Below are positions 54,178 through 64,000 of a stretch of 64,000 nucleotides of DNA, one piece after another (within the stretch, counting starts at the first letter, position 1; every line of letters begins with the position of its first letter). This DNA is from an uncultured Chloroflexia bacterium (lineage in GTDB: Bacteria; Chloroflexota; UBA6077; JACCZL01). The translations under genes and the position numbers were made by a program. The notes under the pieces were generated by a model. It saw nothing but the letters and a program-made list of their open reading frames with translations. It was not told the DNA's origin and did not search any database. The stretch is from positions 1 through 64,000 of the forward strand of contig CAVXYC010000026.1 of NCBI GenBank assembly GCA_963765765.1. Reading direction: 5' to 3'.

Positions 54178-55459
54178 GTGGCACACAATGCTTCTCAGGC
54201 CACCAGTCAAGCCTCTGGCGGACGGCTGAGCGCGCTCAAGTCGTCCAGATTTCCGCATGTTCTGGGCGGCCTCGCTGGTTTCTCAGATCGGTGGCTGGGC
54301 CGCGCAGGTGGCCACCTCCTGGCTGCTCCTGGAGATGACCAACTCGGCCTTTTACCTGGGCCTCCAGGGACTCTTTCTAGCGGTCCCCTTCATCGGTAGC
54401 TCCATGATCGCTGGCGCGGTGGCGGACCGTATGGACCGAAAGCGGCTCCTGCTTATTACGCAATGGGGGGCTCTGCTGGTCTCGGCGGCTCAGGCAGGGT
54501 TGGTTCACCTTGGTCTGATCGCGGTCTGGCAAATCTACCTCTTTAGCTCATTGAGCTGGGTTTGCGCCGGGTTTGAGACAGCGGCGCGTCAATCCCTGCT
54601 TCCCAACATGGTGCAAAAACATCAGATTCCCAGTGCCATAGCGCTTTACTCCACCATCCACCGGACGACAGCCTTGATTGGCCCCGCGCTGGGCGGACTG
54701 ACCATCGCGCATTTTGGCGTGGCCGGGGCACTGTACTCCCAAACCGTCGGCTGGGCGCTTCTGGTGTGGGCAGTGACCCTGATGAAAACTACCTCCGTGC
54801 CCGGGGGAACTGGGCCGTTATTCACCGCGGTGAAGGCCGGTTTCAGTTATGCGCGGGCGCATCGAAAGATCGCGGCGCTGCTTGCCGTGCAGGCTTCCAC
54901 GAGCATGTTGGTCAACTCAGGCGCGCTATTGCCAATTTACGCGCGCGACATTCTAGAGATCGGGCCACAGGGCCTGGGTATGCTGCACTCAGTGACGGGC
55001 CTTGGCAGCCTGGTTGGCATGGGATTGGTAATCTGGCTGGGCCACCGCGGCACGCATGGTCGCTGGATTGTGTTCGGCAGCATCCTCCAACCGGTGTTCT
55101 TGGCCGTCTTTGGCATGTCGACGTTTCTACCGCTTTCAATGCTCATGCTCTTCTCGGTGGGTCTCGTGGAAATGACCGTTGGGACGCTCCGTCAGACAGT
55201 CATGCAGCTCAGTGTCGATGACGCGTATCGCGGCCGTGTCATGAGCCTGTCGTCGATCTCGGCCCGGGGCGTGAGCCCATTTGGCAACTTGCAGAGCGGT
55301 ACACTGGCGACTCTCATCGGCGCTCCTCTCGCCATCGTTTCGAGCGCCGGGCTGGCCGTCTGCATCGCAATGTGGGTCTGGCTTCGAACGCCGGAGTTCC
55401 TCGCGGACGCGGGTGTGACTCGACGTACCTCTGAACCTGCTCAATCTCCCGCCGTGTAG
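54178..55459 (+). CDS. MFS transporter (EntS/MFS_3-like); probable frameshift near 54250
   Basis: 'FWAASLVSQIGGW', 'AGAVADRMDRKRLL', 'YRGRVMS'. Confidence 0.9.
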
Positions 55460-55533
55460 CCGCGTATTCGCAAGCGGGATTCGCATAGCGAGTACGATGA
55501 TGCTGGATGGCCCGACGGTCCGGAGGTCACGTC

Positions 55534-56301
55534 ATGTTCAACGACGAGTTCATCAAAGAGCTATGGACGTATGCCGACGAAGTGCGCATGGTAGAGCATC
55601 CGTGGTTTAAGGGCATTGCCGAGCATCGCTGGACGAGAGAGGAAATTATTCTCGGCGAAGTGCAGCATTACCTGAGGGTGCGCACCAACCCAATCTACTT
55701 CGGCTACATCGCTATCAACGCGGTAGCGGACAAGTCGTATCAGATCATGGGTACGGTGCTCGAGAACTTTATGGAAGAGCTTTCGGGGCCGCGCTCACAC
55801 GTTGACATCGTGCTGCAGTTTCTCGAGGAGGGGGGTATCGCGCGCGAAGAGGCGGACCAGGCGGAAGCCGCGCCGGGGACAATGGCTGCCATCGAGATGA
55901 TCGCCCACCATTGTCAGCATCGCTCGGCGCTGGAAGGCGTCGCAATGCTGGCATTCGTCGAGAGCATGCACGGTGGATTAGACGGGGCGGCCGCCAGTGT
56001 CTACCCACACCTCATCGGGCATTACGGCTTTTCCGAGCGCGCCGCGGAGACATACAAGATCCACGCCGAGCAGGACGTCGGCCATGGCGGCCATCAAATC
56101 GAGATCCTGCGCGAGTTTGCCACCGATGACGCGGCGAAGGATCGCATCCGCAACGCGGTGAAGCTTGGACTGACTGCCTACACTTTGGAATGGGACGGGC
56201 ACGTCCAGGCCATGACCGGCCGTCGCGAATTCTGGCAGGGCACGGGCCCGCTACATCTGAGGCAGCCACAAGTACGTCTACGCGCAATGCAGTCGCGCTA
56301 G
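55534..56301 (+). CDS. Heme-oxygenase-like iron-containing redox enzyme (PqqC/CADD/TenA-fold)
   Basis: 'HPWF', 'ENFMEE...SH', 'E' in 'FVES', 'YKIHAEQDVGH'. This fits the E/H...E...HxxxDxxH diiron ligand pattern of HDO enzymes. Confidence 0.85.
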   Translation: MFNDEFIKELWTYADEVRMVEHPWFKGIAEHRWTREEIILGEVQHYLRVRTNPIYFGYIAINAVADKSYQIMGTVLENFMEELSGPRSHVDIVLQFLEEGGIAREEADQAEAAPGTMAAIEMIAHHCQHRSALEGVAMLAFVESMHGGLDGAAASVYPHLIGHYGFSERAAETYKIHAEQDVGHGGHQIEILREFATDDAAKDRIRNAVKLGLTAYTLEWDGHVQAMTGRREFWQGTGPLHLRQPQVRLRAMQSR

Positions 56302-56310
56302 AGCGCGCCG

Positions 56311-56334
56311 GTAGGACAGGCGCCTCTGCCTGTC
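56311..56334 (+). repeat. GTAG-type REP-like palindrome
   Basis: GTAG followed by hairpin GACAGGC-GCCTCT-GCCTGTC. Confidence 0.6.
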
Positions 56335-56336
56335 TT

Positions 56337-56434
56337 TGGGAGTGCGTGTGGCCGGGACACCGCTTTGGATTTCGCGATCTCAAATTGAAGCGTGCGCGGA
56401 ATCCAAAGCGGAGTCGTAGCCACCCGCACTCCAA
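56337..56434. repeat. Second REPIN-like inverted-repeat element (same family as 12339-12453)
   Basis: Left arm GGAGTGCG...CCGCTTTGGATT and right arm AATCCAAAGCGG...CGCACTCC. Lies between convergent genes. Confidence 0.7.
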
Positions 56435-56439
56435 GGCTC

Positions 56440-57485
56440 CTACGATGCGGGTCGGGACTCCTCGGGCATAACCTCGAGCGTGAGTCGTTCCGCGCCTCGG
56501 ATCACCGTTAACGGCGCACGCGTTCCGACGCGCGCTTCTGTCAGCAGACGGTGCAGGTCATCGATCGCGGCTAACGGGTGCCCGTCGAAGCCGACCAGGA
56601 TGTCACCTTCCCTCAATCCCGCGCGTTGCGCCGCGCCGTTCGGCTCGACTGAGATCACGAGGATTCCGCTCTCCACTGGCAGGTCGAAGAAGCGGACGAC
56701 TCGGCGCAGTAGCGGGACGTTCTGTCCGGCCACGCCGATCACGCCGCGGCGAATCTTGCCGTCTCGGATAAGCTTGCTGGCCACGTAGGTGGCGGTGTTG
56801 ATCGCGATGGCGAAGGAGATGCCCTGGGCCGTTGCGATCATGGCGGTATTTACGCCGATCACCTCCCCGCGAGAGTTCACGAGCGGTCCGCCACTATTAC
56901 CAGGGTTGAGCGCGGCATCTGTCTGGATGATGTCGTCCATAAGTCGACCGCTGGAAGCGCGTAGCGATCGACCGAGGGCGCTTACCACTCCCGCGGTAAC
57001 AGTGGCCTGGAAGCCGTACGGGTTGCCGATTGCAATAGCTAACTGGCCCGGCCTGATGGCGTTGGAGTCACCGAGCACCACCGTGCTAAGGCCCGGTGCG
57101 CTGACGCGCACGACCGCGAGATCCGTATCCGGGTCTTCGCCCACCAGGTCCGCGGTTAGCTCGCGCCCATCCGCCAGGGCCACCGAGATCGCGCTCGCGC
57201 GGTGCACCACGTGGCTGTTGGTGACAATGAGCCCATCGGGCGTGATGATGAACCCGGAGCCGCTCCCACGACCTTGTTGTCGGCGTCCCCGGCGCCGGCC
57301 CCTTGCGCCGCTCGGTGCTCAACCTCGACCCTGACCACCGCTGGGCCGACCAGCTCGACTGCTCGTGAGACCGCCAGCGAGTAAGCGTCCAGCAGGTCGT
57401 CGTCCCCGCGCTCGGAGAGTGCGTGTAATCCCCTCTGCCCGGACGGGCCATCGATATCCTCGATTTGCTGGAAAAGTGCTGCCAA
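56440..57485 (-). CDS. HtrA/DegP-like trypsin serine protease with PDZ domain; frameshift(s) near 57290
   Basis: 'LLDAYSLAVSRAVELVGPAVV', 'GSGSGFIITPDG.IVTNSHVV', 'DLAV', 'IQTDAALNPGNSGGPL', PDZ 'GLREGDI'. Confidence 0.92.
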
Positions 57486-57857
57486 ATTCTGCCTTGTTTC
57501 CGGAGCCTAAGAATGCACAACGGACCTGCATCCCGTTTGGCAGGCTCCTTTATTCTTGAAAACGCCTCTGCTGCTCGCGCAATTCCGTTTTCCAGAAGTG
57601 GGCAGCTAGATCGGCCAGTCCGCTGGCAGCTCAGCCCGCGCAGCCTGGTATTCGGGATCGTCAGCGTACGCTCCGGCAATGCGCTCGAGCGTTTGGACTA
57701 ACTCGTCCTCACTGAGTCGGAGGACATTCGAGACCATACCCGTGGTCTCCTCGAAGCTTCCGCTTCAATGGCGGTGTCAGCCACGCATGCGTTGCAGGAT
57801 GTAGCGATCAGCCTCGGCCAGCGCCATGACAGTGCCTCCGCGGGGATTCCCTTGATT

Positions 57858-58268
57858 CTAGCGTTCGGGGGACAGGGCGCGGATTGTCACCTCCTCGCAT
57901 ATCGGGTGTGGACCCCCATCCTCACTTGACTCCACACGAAGCCGTCCAAAGAGCCGACACGGAATTCCCTGCCATTCGGCTCGGAGAATGAGGAACGGAT
58001 AGGTAAGCGTAGAGCCAGGTGGCTCATCAAAGTCCACAACACTAGAGATGCTGCCCAGTGAATCGCCTGGAATGAGAAGGGGCGGATGGATTGCCAAGTC
58101 TTCGGCTCGGAACTGATCGTGGGGTATGCGTAGCTCGTGGATCTCCAGCGGGCGGGGCGATTCGTTCCGAATCGTCCAGGAGATACTCCACCGTTTGGCC
58201 GGTAGGCAGACCGCCGGGGATGATGCCTCGATCGATACCGAAAGGTCGCTCAGTGACGCGTCGGGCAT
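57858..58268 (-). CDS. Hypothetical protein
   Basis: 136-aa beta-rich ORF ('WTIRN..RIPHDQFR...PFLILR') downstream of MFS. Confidence 0.55.
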   Translation of the reverse strand: MPDASLSDLSVSIEASSPAVCLPAKRWSISWTIRNESPRPLEIHELRIPHDQFRAEDLAIHPPLLIPGDSLGSISSVVDFDEPPGSTLTYPFLILRAEWQGIPCRLFGRLRVESSEDGGPHPICEEVTIRALSPER

Positions 58269-58283
58269 GGGCTAGCGAAGGTC

Positions 58284-59501
58284 CTAGGCCGAGTGCGTCG
58301 CTGTGTTGTGGTTGTGCAGCGTCTCCTTGATCAGAAAGGCAACCATTGCTGCCCCACCGAGACTGCACACGGCAAGGAACGAGAAGGCGATGGGCGACCC
58401 GGCATGCTCAGTGAGCAAGCCGAATATCGCCGGGCTCAGGAATAGGCCGAATTGGCCGAGCGTATTCCAGACTCCGAAGAACTTACCTCGGGCATGCGCT
58501 GGCGCCACGTCTGATCCGAGAGTCTGCATGGAGCCGCCGGTAAGGGCTTGCGTGAGACCCATGCCGATGAGTGCAACGACGAAATAGCTGAACGGCAAGT
58601 TCATGGCGGTGATGATGGCCATGAGCGCAATCGATAGCCCCAGAAGGGTGAAGCCGGGTACCACTGTCGCTTTGCGGCCGAAGCGATCCATGATGTGGCC
58701 GGCCAGGATCGTAACCGGGATTCCAACCGCGCTAACCGCCGCGGCCATCAGACCGACAGTCGCTGCGTCGATGTCGTATGCGTAGACGGCGTAAAAGTTC
58801 ATTGATCCGCCGAACAGCGCGCCGCGCGAAAGAGACGTCAAGAAGTACGTGGCGAAGAGCACCATGATGGGAAAGGTGAGGAACGAGAGGTAGATTGAGC
58901 GCGTGGACATCCCTGCTGCTCTCGCCTCTTCCTGATTCGCCTGGCGGGAGGACGTTTCCGTCATGCGAAGACTGGGTATGACGGCGAGCAGTGAGAGCAA
59001 TGCGTGAACGTAGAACGGAATCCTGACATCCCAGACGGCTGCCAGAAGACCGCCGAGCGCTGGACCGACCAGGCGACCGGCATTGTCGAAGCTGAAGAGC
59101 GTCGTAATCTGGCGACCCCTTGAGCCCCCGCCCGCATCGGCGATCATGGTGATGCGACCCATGGTCCACATGCCCGTTGCCCAGCCGTTGACGAAGCGCC
59201 AGAACAAGAGCTCCGGAAATGAGCCGGCAGTCGCGGTAAGCACCGAGCTGATCGCACTCAATATTGGACCGGCGATGATGACCTTTCGGCGCCCAACTCG
59301 ATCGATCAAGAAGCCGGTAGGGACGGAACAGAGCGCGGTGCCTGCGAGCTGCAGAACGATAACCAACGACGCGGCTCCGAACGAGATATCAAACGACTTG
59401 GCAAACACCGGGAGCGCGGGCGTGGCCACCCCTGTGCCCAGGGCCAGAATAAAGGCCGGCACATACACCGAATAGAACGATCCCTGGGCAATGCCCCGCA
59501 T
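58284..59501 (-). CDS. MFS transporter
   Basis: Motif A 'GFLIDRVGRRK' and 'GHIMDRFGRK'. 12 TM segments. ATG 59501 with GGGGG upstream. Confidence 0.92.
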   Translation of the reverse strand: MRGIAQGSFYSVYVPAFILALGTGVATPALPVFAKSFDISFGAASLVIVLQLAGTALCSVPTGFLIDRVGRRKVIIAGPILSAISSVLTATAGSFPELLFWRFVNGWATGMWTMGRITMIADAGGGSRGRQITTLFSFDNAGRLVGPALGGLLAAVWDVRIPFYVHALLSLLAVIPSLRMTETSSRQANQEEARAAGMSTRSIYLSFLTFPIMVLFATYFLTSLSRGALFGGSMNFYAVYAYDIDAATVGLMAAAVSAVGIPVTILAGHIMDRFGRKATVVPGFTLLGLSIALMAIITAMNLPFSYFVVALIGMGLTQALTGGSMQTLGSDVAPAHARGKFFGVWNTLGQFGLFLSPAIFGLLTEHAGSPIAFSFLAVCSLGGAAMVAFLIKETLHNHNTATHSA

Positions 59502-59645
59502 GGTCCCCCCGTTAGGAAACTGATCATACAAGCCCCTAACGAGGGCGCATGCTCGGCCCTCGAAGTGAGACTGCGGTGCAGGTCGTGAGTGCTCAAGCAC
59601 GCACGACATGCATTGGGCCGCGCGACGCGGCGCGAGCGGGTCACA

Positions 59646-59674
59646 TTGCCGACCCCTCATCCGTTTGTTATCCT
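59646..59674 (+). promoter_or_regulatory. Putative sigma70 promoter of tRNA-Leu
   Basis: TTGCCG-N17-TATCCT with extended -10 TGn, 16 nt before the tRNA. Confidence 0.6.
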
Positions 59675-59690
59675 CGCGACGTGCTCCTTT

Positions 59691-59775
59691 GGGGGAGTGG
59701 CGGAATTGGCAGACGCGCATGACTTAGGATCATGTTCCGCAAGGAGTGGGGGTTCGAGTCCCCCCTTCCCCACCA
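59691..59775 (+). tRNA. tRNA-Leu (anticodon TAG)
   Basis: Acceptor GGGGGAG/CTTCCCC, D-arm TGGCGGAATTGGCAGACGC, anticodon arm CATGA-CTTAGGA-TCATG, long variable arm TCC-GCAA-GGA, T-arm GGGGG-TTCGAGT-CCCCC, encoded ACCA. Confidence 0.97.
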
Positions 59776-59811
59776 GGCAGTCCGTCTCGACGCTTGCCGT
59801 CGACACACCGT

Positions 59812-61140
59812 ATGCGATTTCTCACCCTTCTCTTCGTTCTCCTTCTGTCAGCGTGCCAGGTTAGCGCTCCTCCTCCGAGCGCCACGCCCACCACTAAGCC
59901 TTCTACGCCGATTCCGGCTCCTCCGAGCGCCACGCCCACCAGTCAGCCTTCTACGCCGATTCCGACTACTCCGACCGTCCTTCCCACGGCGCCGCCTACG
60001 AGCACAGTGCCACCAACGCTGACGCCCCTGCCCACCGCGACGCCGGTGCCGGTCGCCATCGAGCGAGTCGCCAGTCCAACGCACACCGTACACACGTTCC
60101 TCTGGGGTAACGCGGCCACCACAGCCCGAGACCTACGGTTAGCGCGCGATGCCGGCTTCACGGCTATCAAGCAGCGCTTTGAGTGGCGCTACGTGGAGGG
60201 ACAGCGTCAAGGTCTTTATGAATGGAATGAGCCTGATCGCATTGTTAAAGCGGCTGAGGACGCTAGGTCTCGAGATCATTGCGCGGGTTGACAATCAACC
60301 AAGCTGGGCGCGCGGCGACCGTTTATTCCCCGGCTCAGGGCCGCCGGATGATCTGGACGATTGGCGAATATTTTTGGAGCGGCTCGCGGCCCGCTACAAG
60401 GGCCGCATTCAGGCCTATCAGATCTGGAATGAGCCCAATCTGGACCGCGAATGGGGCAATCGAGCGCCGAATGCTGAGGAATACGTGGAGCTCCTGCGCG
60501 TGGCGCATCAGGCCATCAAGAAGCTCAGACCCGGACGCTCTTGTTATCTCCGCCGGCTTGTCTCCCACAACCGAGGTCAGCGAGCGCGCGCGAGCGGACG
60601 ATGTGTTCATGCGAGAAATGTACGCCGCCGGGCTCAAGGAGGTAACTGACCTCGTTGGCGTGCATGGCGCCGGATTCAAAGCAGAACCTGAGGCTGATCC
60701 AGACATTGTCGCGCAGCGCTCGGACCTGACCAACAATGACCCAACCTCGCCGGAGCTACGCCGCATCTACGCATTTCGACACGTCGAAGACATCCGGCAG
60801 ATTCTGATTGAGAATGGTGATGCCACCAAGCAGCTCGCGATACTCGAGATGGGCTGGACCAGCGACCCGAGACCTGGCTCGCCGTATGCCTGGCACAGCG
60901 TCTCTGAGGACACCAAGGGCGAGTACATCGTGCGTGCTCTCAAGCTGGCGGCGGAGCGTTGGCGTCCGTGGATGGGCTACATGACGGTCATTTATTTGCC
61001 GGAGACTCGCTGGACTCGAAATGATGAGCAGTACTGGTGGAGCTTCACCGACACGGATGGCGCTCCCCGCGCTGTCCTACCGGGCGATTCAGCGTGCCTC
61101 AGTGAGATAGGAGCGCCGCTGCGAGCGGTCTCACTTCGCC
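59812..61140 (+). CDS. Lipoprotein glycoside hydrolase (clan GH-A, GH5/GH39-like); several frameshifts, end approximate
   Basis: Lipobox 'LLSAC', Pro/Thr linker, 'KQRFEWRYVEG', 'YQIWNEPNL..EW', 'VISAGLSPT', 'GVHG.GF', 'ILEMGW'. Confidence 0.85.
59870..59964 (+). repeat. 48-bp tandem duplication in Pro/Thr linker
   Basis: CTCCTCCGAGCGCCACGCCCACCA(CTA/GTC)AGCCTTCTACGCCGATTCCG occurs twice, at 59870 and 59918. Confidence 0.9.
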
Positions 61141-61154
61141 TGATGTTTGACAAC

Positions 61155-61195
61155 AACGAAGCGCCACGCTCATGTGCAGAGCGGGGCGCTTCGTT
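61155..61195. terminator. Stem-loop after glycoside hydrolase gene
   Basis: AACGAAGCGCC.CGCTC / GAGCG.GGCGCTTCGTT inverted repeat. Confidence 0.6.
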
Positions 61196-61340
61196 CCGGT
61201 TCTGAGATTCCGAACCGGAAAGCAGCAAAGATGTATGCAACTGAATCCAGATCTCTCCGTTCGCCGTATAGCGTCCCGTATGGCGGGCGGATGCCCGGTG
61301 CCCGCTGAATTCACGTGGCCGAATTGAGGAGGTGATTTTT

Positions 61341-61848
61341 ATGCGATTGAATGGATTGAAGGTGATGTATTCCGCTGCCGCCGCAGTTGCGCTTACAGCA
61401 TCGCTGAGTCTGGCTGTCACGCCCTCAGCTAGCGCCAGAGAGATCATGGTGACGATCGTCGATCAGGAGGCGCCGGCGAGTGCCCGGGAATCCCGAGCAG
61501 GGAGCATGGGGTTATTCGCCATTCCACGTCGACGCCGTGAAAGGCGACACGATTACGTTCATGCAGAGCGAGAACGCGTTTCGCCCGCACACCGTGACCT
61601 CAATCAGTTGGACCGGTCAGGCGCCTACGCGAGAGCTGGCCTCTGCCACCACATTCGATTCCTCCCCATCTCAGGCCGAGTATCTCCAGAAGGGCATGAC
61701 GTGGACACTTGACACATCAAGTCTCGATCCAGGTCACATCCTTTACTACTGCACCATCCATCCTTGGATGGTCGGCACTGTTTCTCTCACCGCCCCTGAT
61801 GCTGAGTCACCAACCACAGCGGACGTCGAGTCCTCTGCCGCGCAGTAA
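61341..61848 (+). CDS. Cupredoxin (plastocyanin/azurin-like) copper-binding protein, exported; frameshift near 61490
   Basis: GAGGAGG RBS, signal peptide, 'GDTITF...PHTVTS', type-1 Cu motif 'YYCTIHPWMVG'. Confidence 0.88.
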
Positions 61849-61866
61849 ATAGTTTCGTGGGCGTAT

Positions 61867-61901
61867 TGACAAGAGCCGCGCAATAAGCGCGGCTCTTGTC
61901 A
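61867..61901. terminator. Bidirectional terminator-like hairpin
   Basis: TGACAAGAGCCGCGC-AATAA-GCGCGGCTCTTGTCA followed by TTTT, between convergent genes. Confidence 0.8.
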
Positions 61902-61909
61902 TTTTCATC

Positions 61910-62385
61910 GTCCTATAGCCCCTTGGCAGAGGGCTGGCGACAGTCTCGATACTCCTTCCCCAGACGCGGCTACTGAATCTCAACCGTAGTCCCGGGCGCT
62001 GCGCACTGGGCCAACGCTCTGGGGACTGGGACGCGAAGATGGCCACGAATCGAGAGATACCGCCCTCGGCCATCGCTTCACGCTACTGGATCAGCCTGGT
62101 TAAGACCTGCCTGAGGCCGCGCATCTGGCGCGTTCTCAATGATGACGGCAATCGGCCGTGTCGAAGAAGAGACCGTGGTATTGCTAGGGGAAATCCGCGA
62201 AGTGGATGTTGGCGTGGATGCCTTGACAAGCGAGTCGAGCACCGTTGAGCGCTGATCGCTCCGACGCTCTGATGTCGGCGAGGCCCCGGGCGAGAGCGGC
62301 TTTGGCACGCAACCGAGCAGGAACGGAAGCAAGTAGAGCGTGCAAAGGATGGCATGAGCTCGGTCAATGGTGTGCCGCTGACATT
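61910..62385 (-). pseudogene. DUF3048-family lipoprotein remnant
   Basis: 'RPIAVIIENAPDARPQAGLNQAD' then, after a frame break, 'EAMAEGGISRFVAIF'. Truncated afterwards. Confidence 0.7.
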
Positions 62386-62395
62386 GGTCTCCTTG

Positions 62396-63691
62396 TTATT
62401 GTCGGCTGTCCGTAGCGATTGTCCCGCTGCGCCTGCCCGCGGCGTTGAGCGCCATGACTATCAACACCGCCAGAGTCAGGACGATACCTTCGGCCACAAC
62501 CGTGGCCCGAGCACCGATCTGTTCAGAAAGCCAGGCTAGTGGCAGCGAGGCAATCGGCATGATCGCGAAGGTCATGCCGTAGACGGCTACGACTCGACCA
62601 AAATACGCACGATCCGTTTGAGCCAAAATGAGCGCATTGTTCAACGCAATGAATGCGGCCGAGACTGCCCCGGCGATGAATATCAGCACGGTCGCGCTGA
62701 TGATCCCCGGTGCCAGTCCGAACATTACCAGGAAAACCCCGAATCCAAGCCCCGTGGCGTTCTGCAGCCAGTCCGCTTTTGCTGATGCGGCGAATGGACC
62801 GACTGCCAGCGATCCAACGAGTGCGCCGATTCCCAGAGCGGACAACAGCATGCCCAGCCCCGGCGCACCAACATCAAACACCCTCTCGGAAAAGACCGGC
62901 ATGAGCTGTTGGAACGGCAGCCCGAAGAGCGAGCCCGCAAATGCCAGACCAATGAGCTCGAAGAGTCTCCTCGAGCTTGCAATGTATCGTAGGCCCCCGA
63001 TGTACTGGTCCCAACCGCTTTGCGAGGTCGGTGGAGGTGGCGGCGCCTCGCCTCGCCGGTGGCTTGGTAATCCGACTATGACAGGCAGCACCACTGCATA
63101 GATCAGAGTCATGAAGGCAAAGACGCTGGCGACCCCGATGCTTTCGATGGACATGAGGGCGCTGGCAAGTGCGGGCCCGAGAATGCGGCTTAAATTGATA
63201 CCGACGTTGAATAGCGCCATCGCATTCGGCAAGAGTTTTGGACCGGCCAACTCCGCCAGGAAGGATTGTCGAGTGGGCCCGCCGAAGGCGAAGAGGACGC
63301 CCTGAGTGAGTCCGAGCGCCACCAGGTGCCAGACTTCGAGCCGGTCGGCGAAACCCAGTCCCGCGATCGCGGCGGCCGCAGCCCCCAGCAGAAACTGCGT
63401 AACTAGTAGGACCGCTTTGCGATTGAATCGGTCCGCGATGATGCCGCCAACCATTAGGAGCAGGAACATGGAGATGCCGGGCGCGGCTCCGGCCAAGCCC
63501 ATGGCCGTCGCCGATCCTGAAATAGTCAGAGCGGCGTAGCTACTGGCCACGGTTGACATGCTGAATGCGAGCTGCGAGGGAACAAGCGATAGCCACGCGT
63601 TCCGAACGTCTCGATCCGCCAGTGACGGATACCAGCGCGTCAGCAGGAATCGAGATTGGTGCGTGGGCCCAGGAGCCTCTCGTGTTGTCAC
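62396..63691 (-). CDS. MFS transporter (MFS_3-like)
   Basis: 'GGIIADRFNRK', 'LSRILGPALA', 'YFGRV'. Confidence 0.92.
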   Translation of the reverse strand: MTTREAPGPTHQSRFLLTRWYPSLADRDVRNAWLSLVPSQLAFSMSTVASSYAALTISGSATAMGLAGAAPGISMFLLLMVGGIIADRFNRKAVLLVTQFLLGAAAAAIAGLGFADRLEVWHLVALGLTQGVLFAFGGPTRQSFLAELAGPKLLPNAMALFNVGINLSRILGPALASALMSIESIGVASVFAFMTLIYAVVLPVIVGLPSHRRGEAPPPPPTSQSGWDQYIGGLRYIASSRRLFELIGLAFAGSLFGLPFQQLMPVFSERVFDVGAPGLGMLLSALGIGALVGSLAVGPFAASAKADWLQNATGLGFGVFLVMFGLAPGIISATVLIFIAGAVSAAFIALNNALILAQTDRAYFGRVVAVYGMTFAIMPIASLPLAWLSEQIGARATVVAEGIVLTLAVLIVMALNAAGRRSGTIATDSRQ

Positions 63692-63839
63692 GGGGCCATT
63701 ATCGGTCCCCGGCGTGCGGCCATGCGGCGGGCCTGAGCGGTTTGTCTCGAAAGAATCGAATGGAGCTAGCCCGGCTGGTAGCGCGGGATGATTCCGCTAC
63801 CAGCTGCACCTACCCAGCGGTTGTACCTTAAGACGCTTG

Positions 63840-64000
63840 CTAGCTCGGTGGCTTCGCCTGCAGGCGCGTGAAGTAGTCCAGGCCTTGCTCGATCTCCGTT
63901 CGGTAGCGGTCGCGAATATCACGCAATAGATCGTGGAACTCGAGCTCCACCCGAACGGAAGAGAGCGTGCGGATCGGCTGAAAGGTGTAGACGATCGTGC
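63840..64000 (-). CDS. 3' end of a gene running off the window
   Basis: Open frame 'TIVYTFQPIRTLSSVRVELEFHDLLRDIRDRYRTEIEQGLDYFTRLQAKPPS*'. Confidence 0.5.
   Translation of the reverse strand, partial: TIVYTFQPIRTLSSVRVELEFHDLLRDIRDRYRTEIEQGLDYFTRLQAKPPS

Noticed and set aside
59740-59775. tRNA-Leu 3' end as the attachment site of the island
   Set aside because: I found no duplicate of the tRNA 3' end elsewhere in the window and no integrase next to it.

Overview
GC-rich bacterial DNA, probably Chloroflexota. This is an inference from the Pro/Ala/Thr-linker lipoprotein solute-binding proteins and the Arg-rich TrkH N-terminus. Single-base frameshifts are frequent, even in housekeeping genes (hom, recQ, ABC permease), so this looks like an unpolished long-read assembly and I re-joined many genes across frameshifts. 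Positions 1-23.3 kb are the 3' part of an extracellular contractile injection system (eCIS, Afp/PVC-like) operon. In order it encodes a Pro-rich protein, DUF4255/Pvc16, an Afp15-like AAA ATPase, a small accessory protein, and a ~1,650-aa DUF4157 effector with a His-Me (DNA/RNA non-specific) endonuclease-like tip and no visible immunity gene. These are followed by Afp7-like, LysM, late-control-D hub, gp5/V spike, PAAR-like DUF4280, gp25, two baseplate-J-like proteins, a P2-gpI-like tail protein and a DUF6519 fibre. Sheath and tube genes are not in the window. Positions 23.4-29.1 kb are a decayed accessory zone with possible serine-recombinase and terminase remnants. The rest is mostly ordinary chromosome: Trk/Ktr K+ uptake, GT39, a Cys/Met PLP enzyme, RecQ, hom, a class II aldolase, an M14 peptidase, RidA, an Fe3+-type ABC system with tandem binding proteins, a heme-oxygenase-like diiron enzyme, HtrA, MFS transporters, tRNA-Leu(TAG), a glycoside hydrolase and a cupredoxin. 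Two REPIN-like palindromic elements and a poly-Asp-tailed protein are also present. All family calls come from motif recognition, not database searches.
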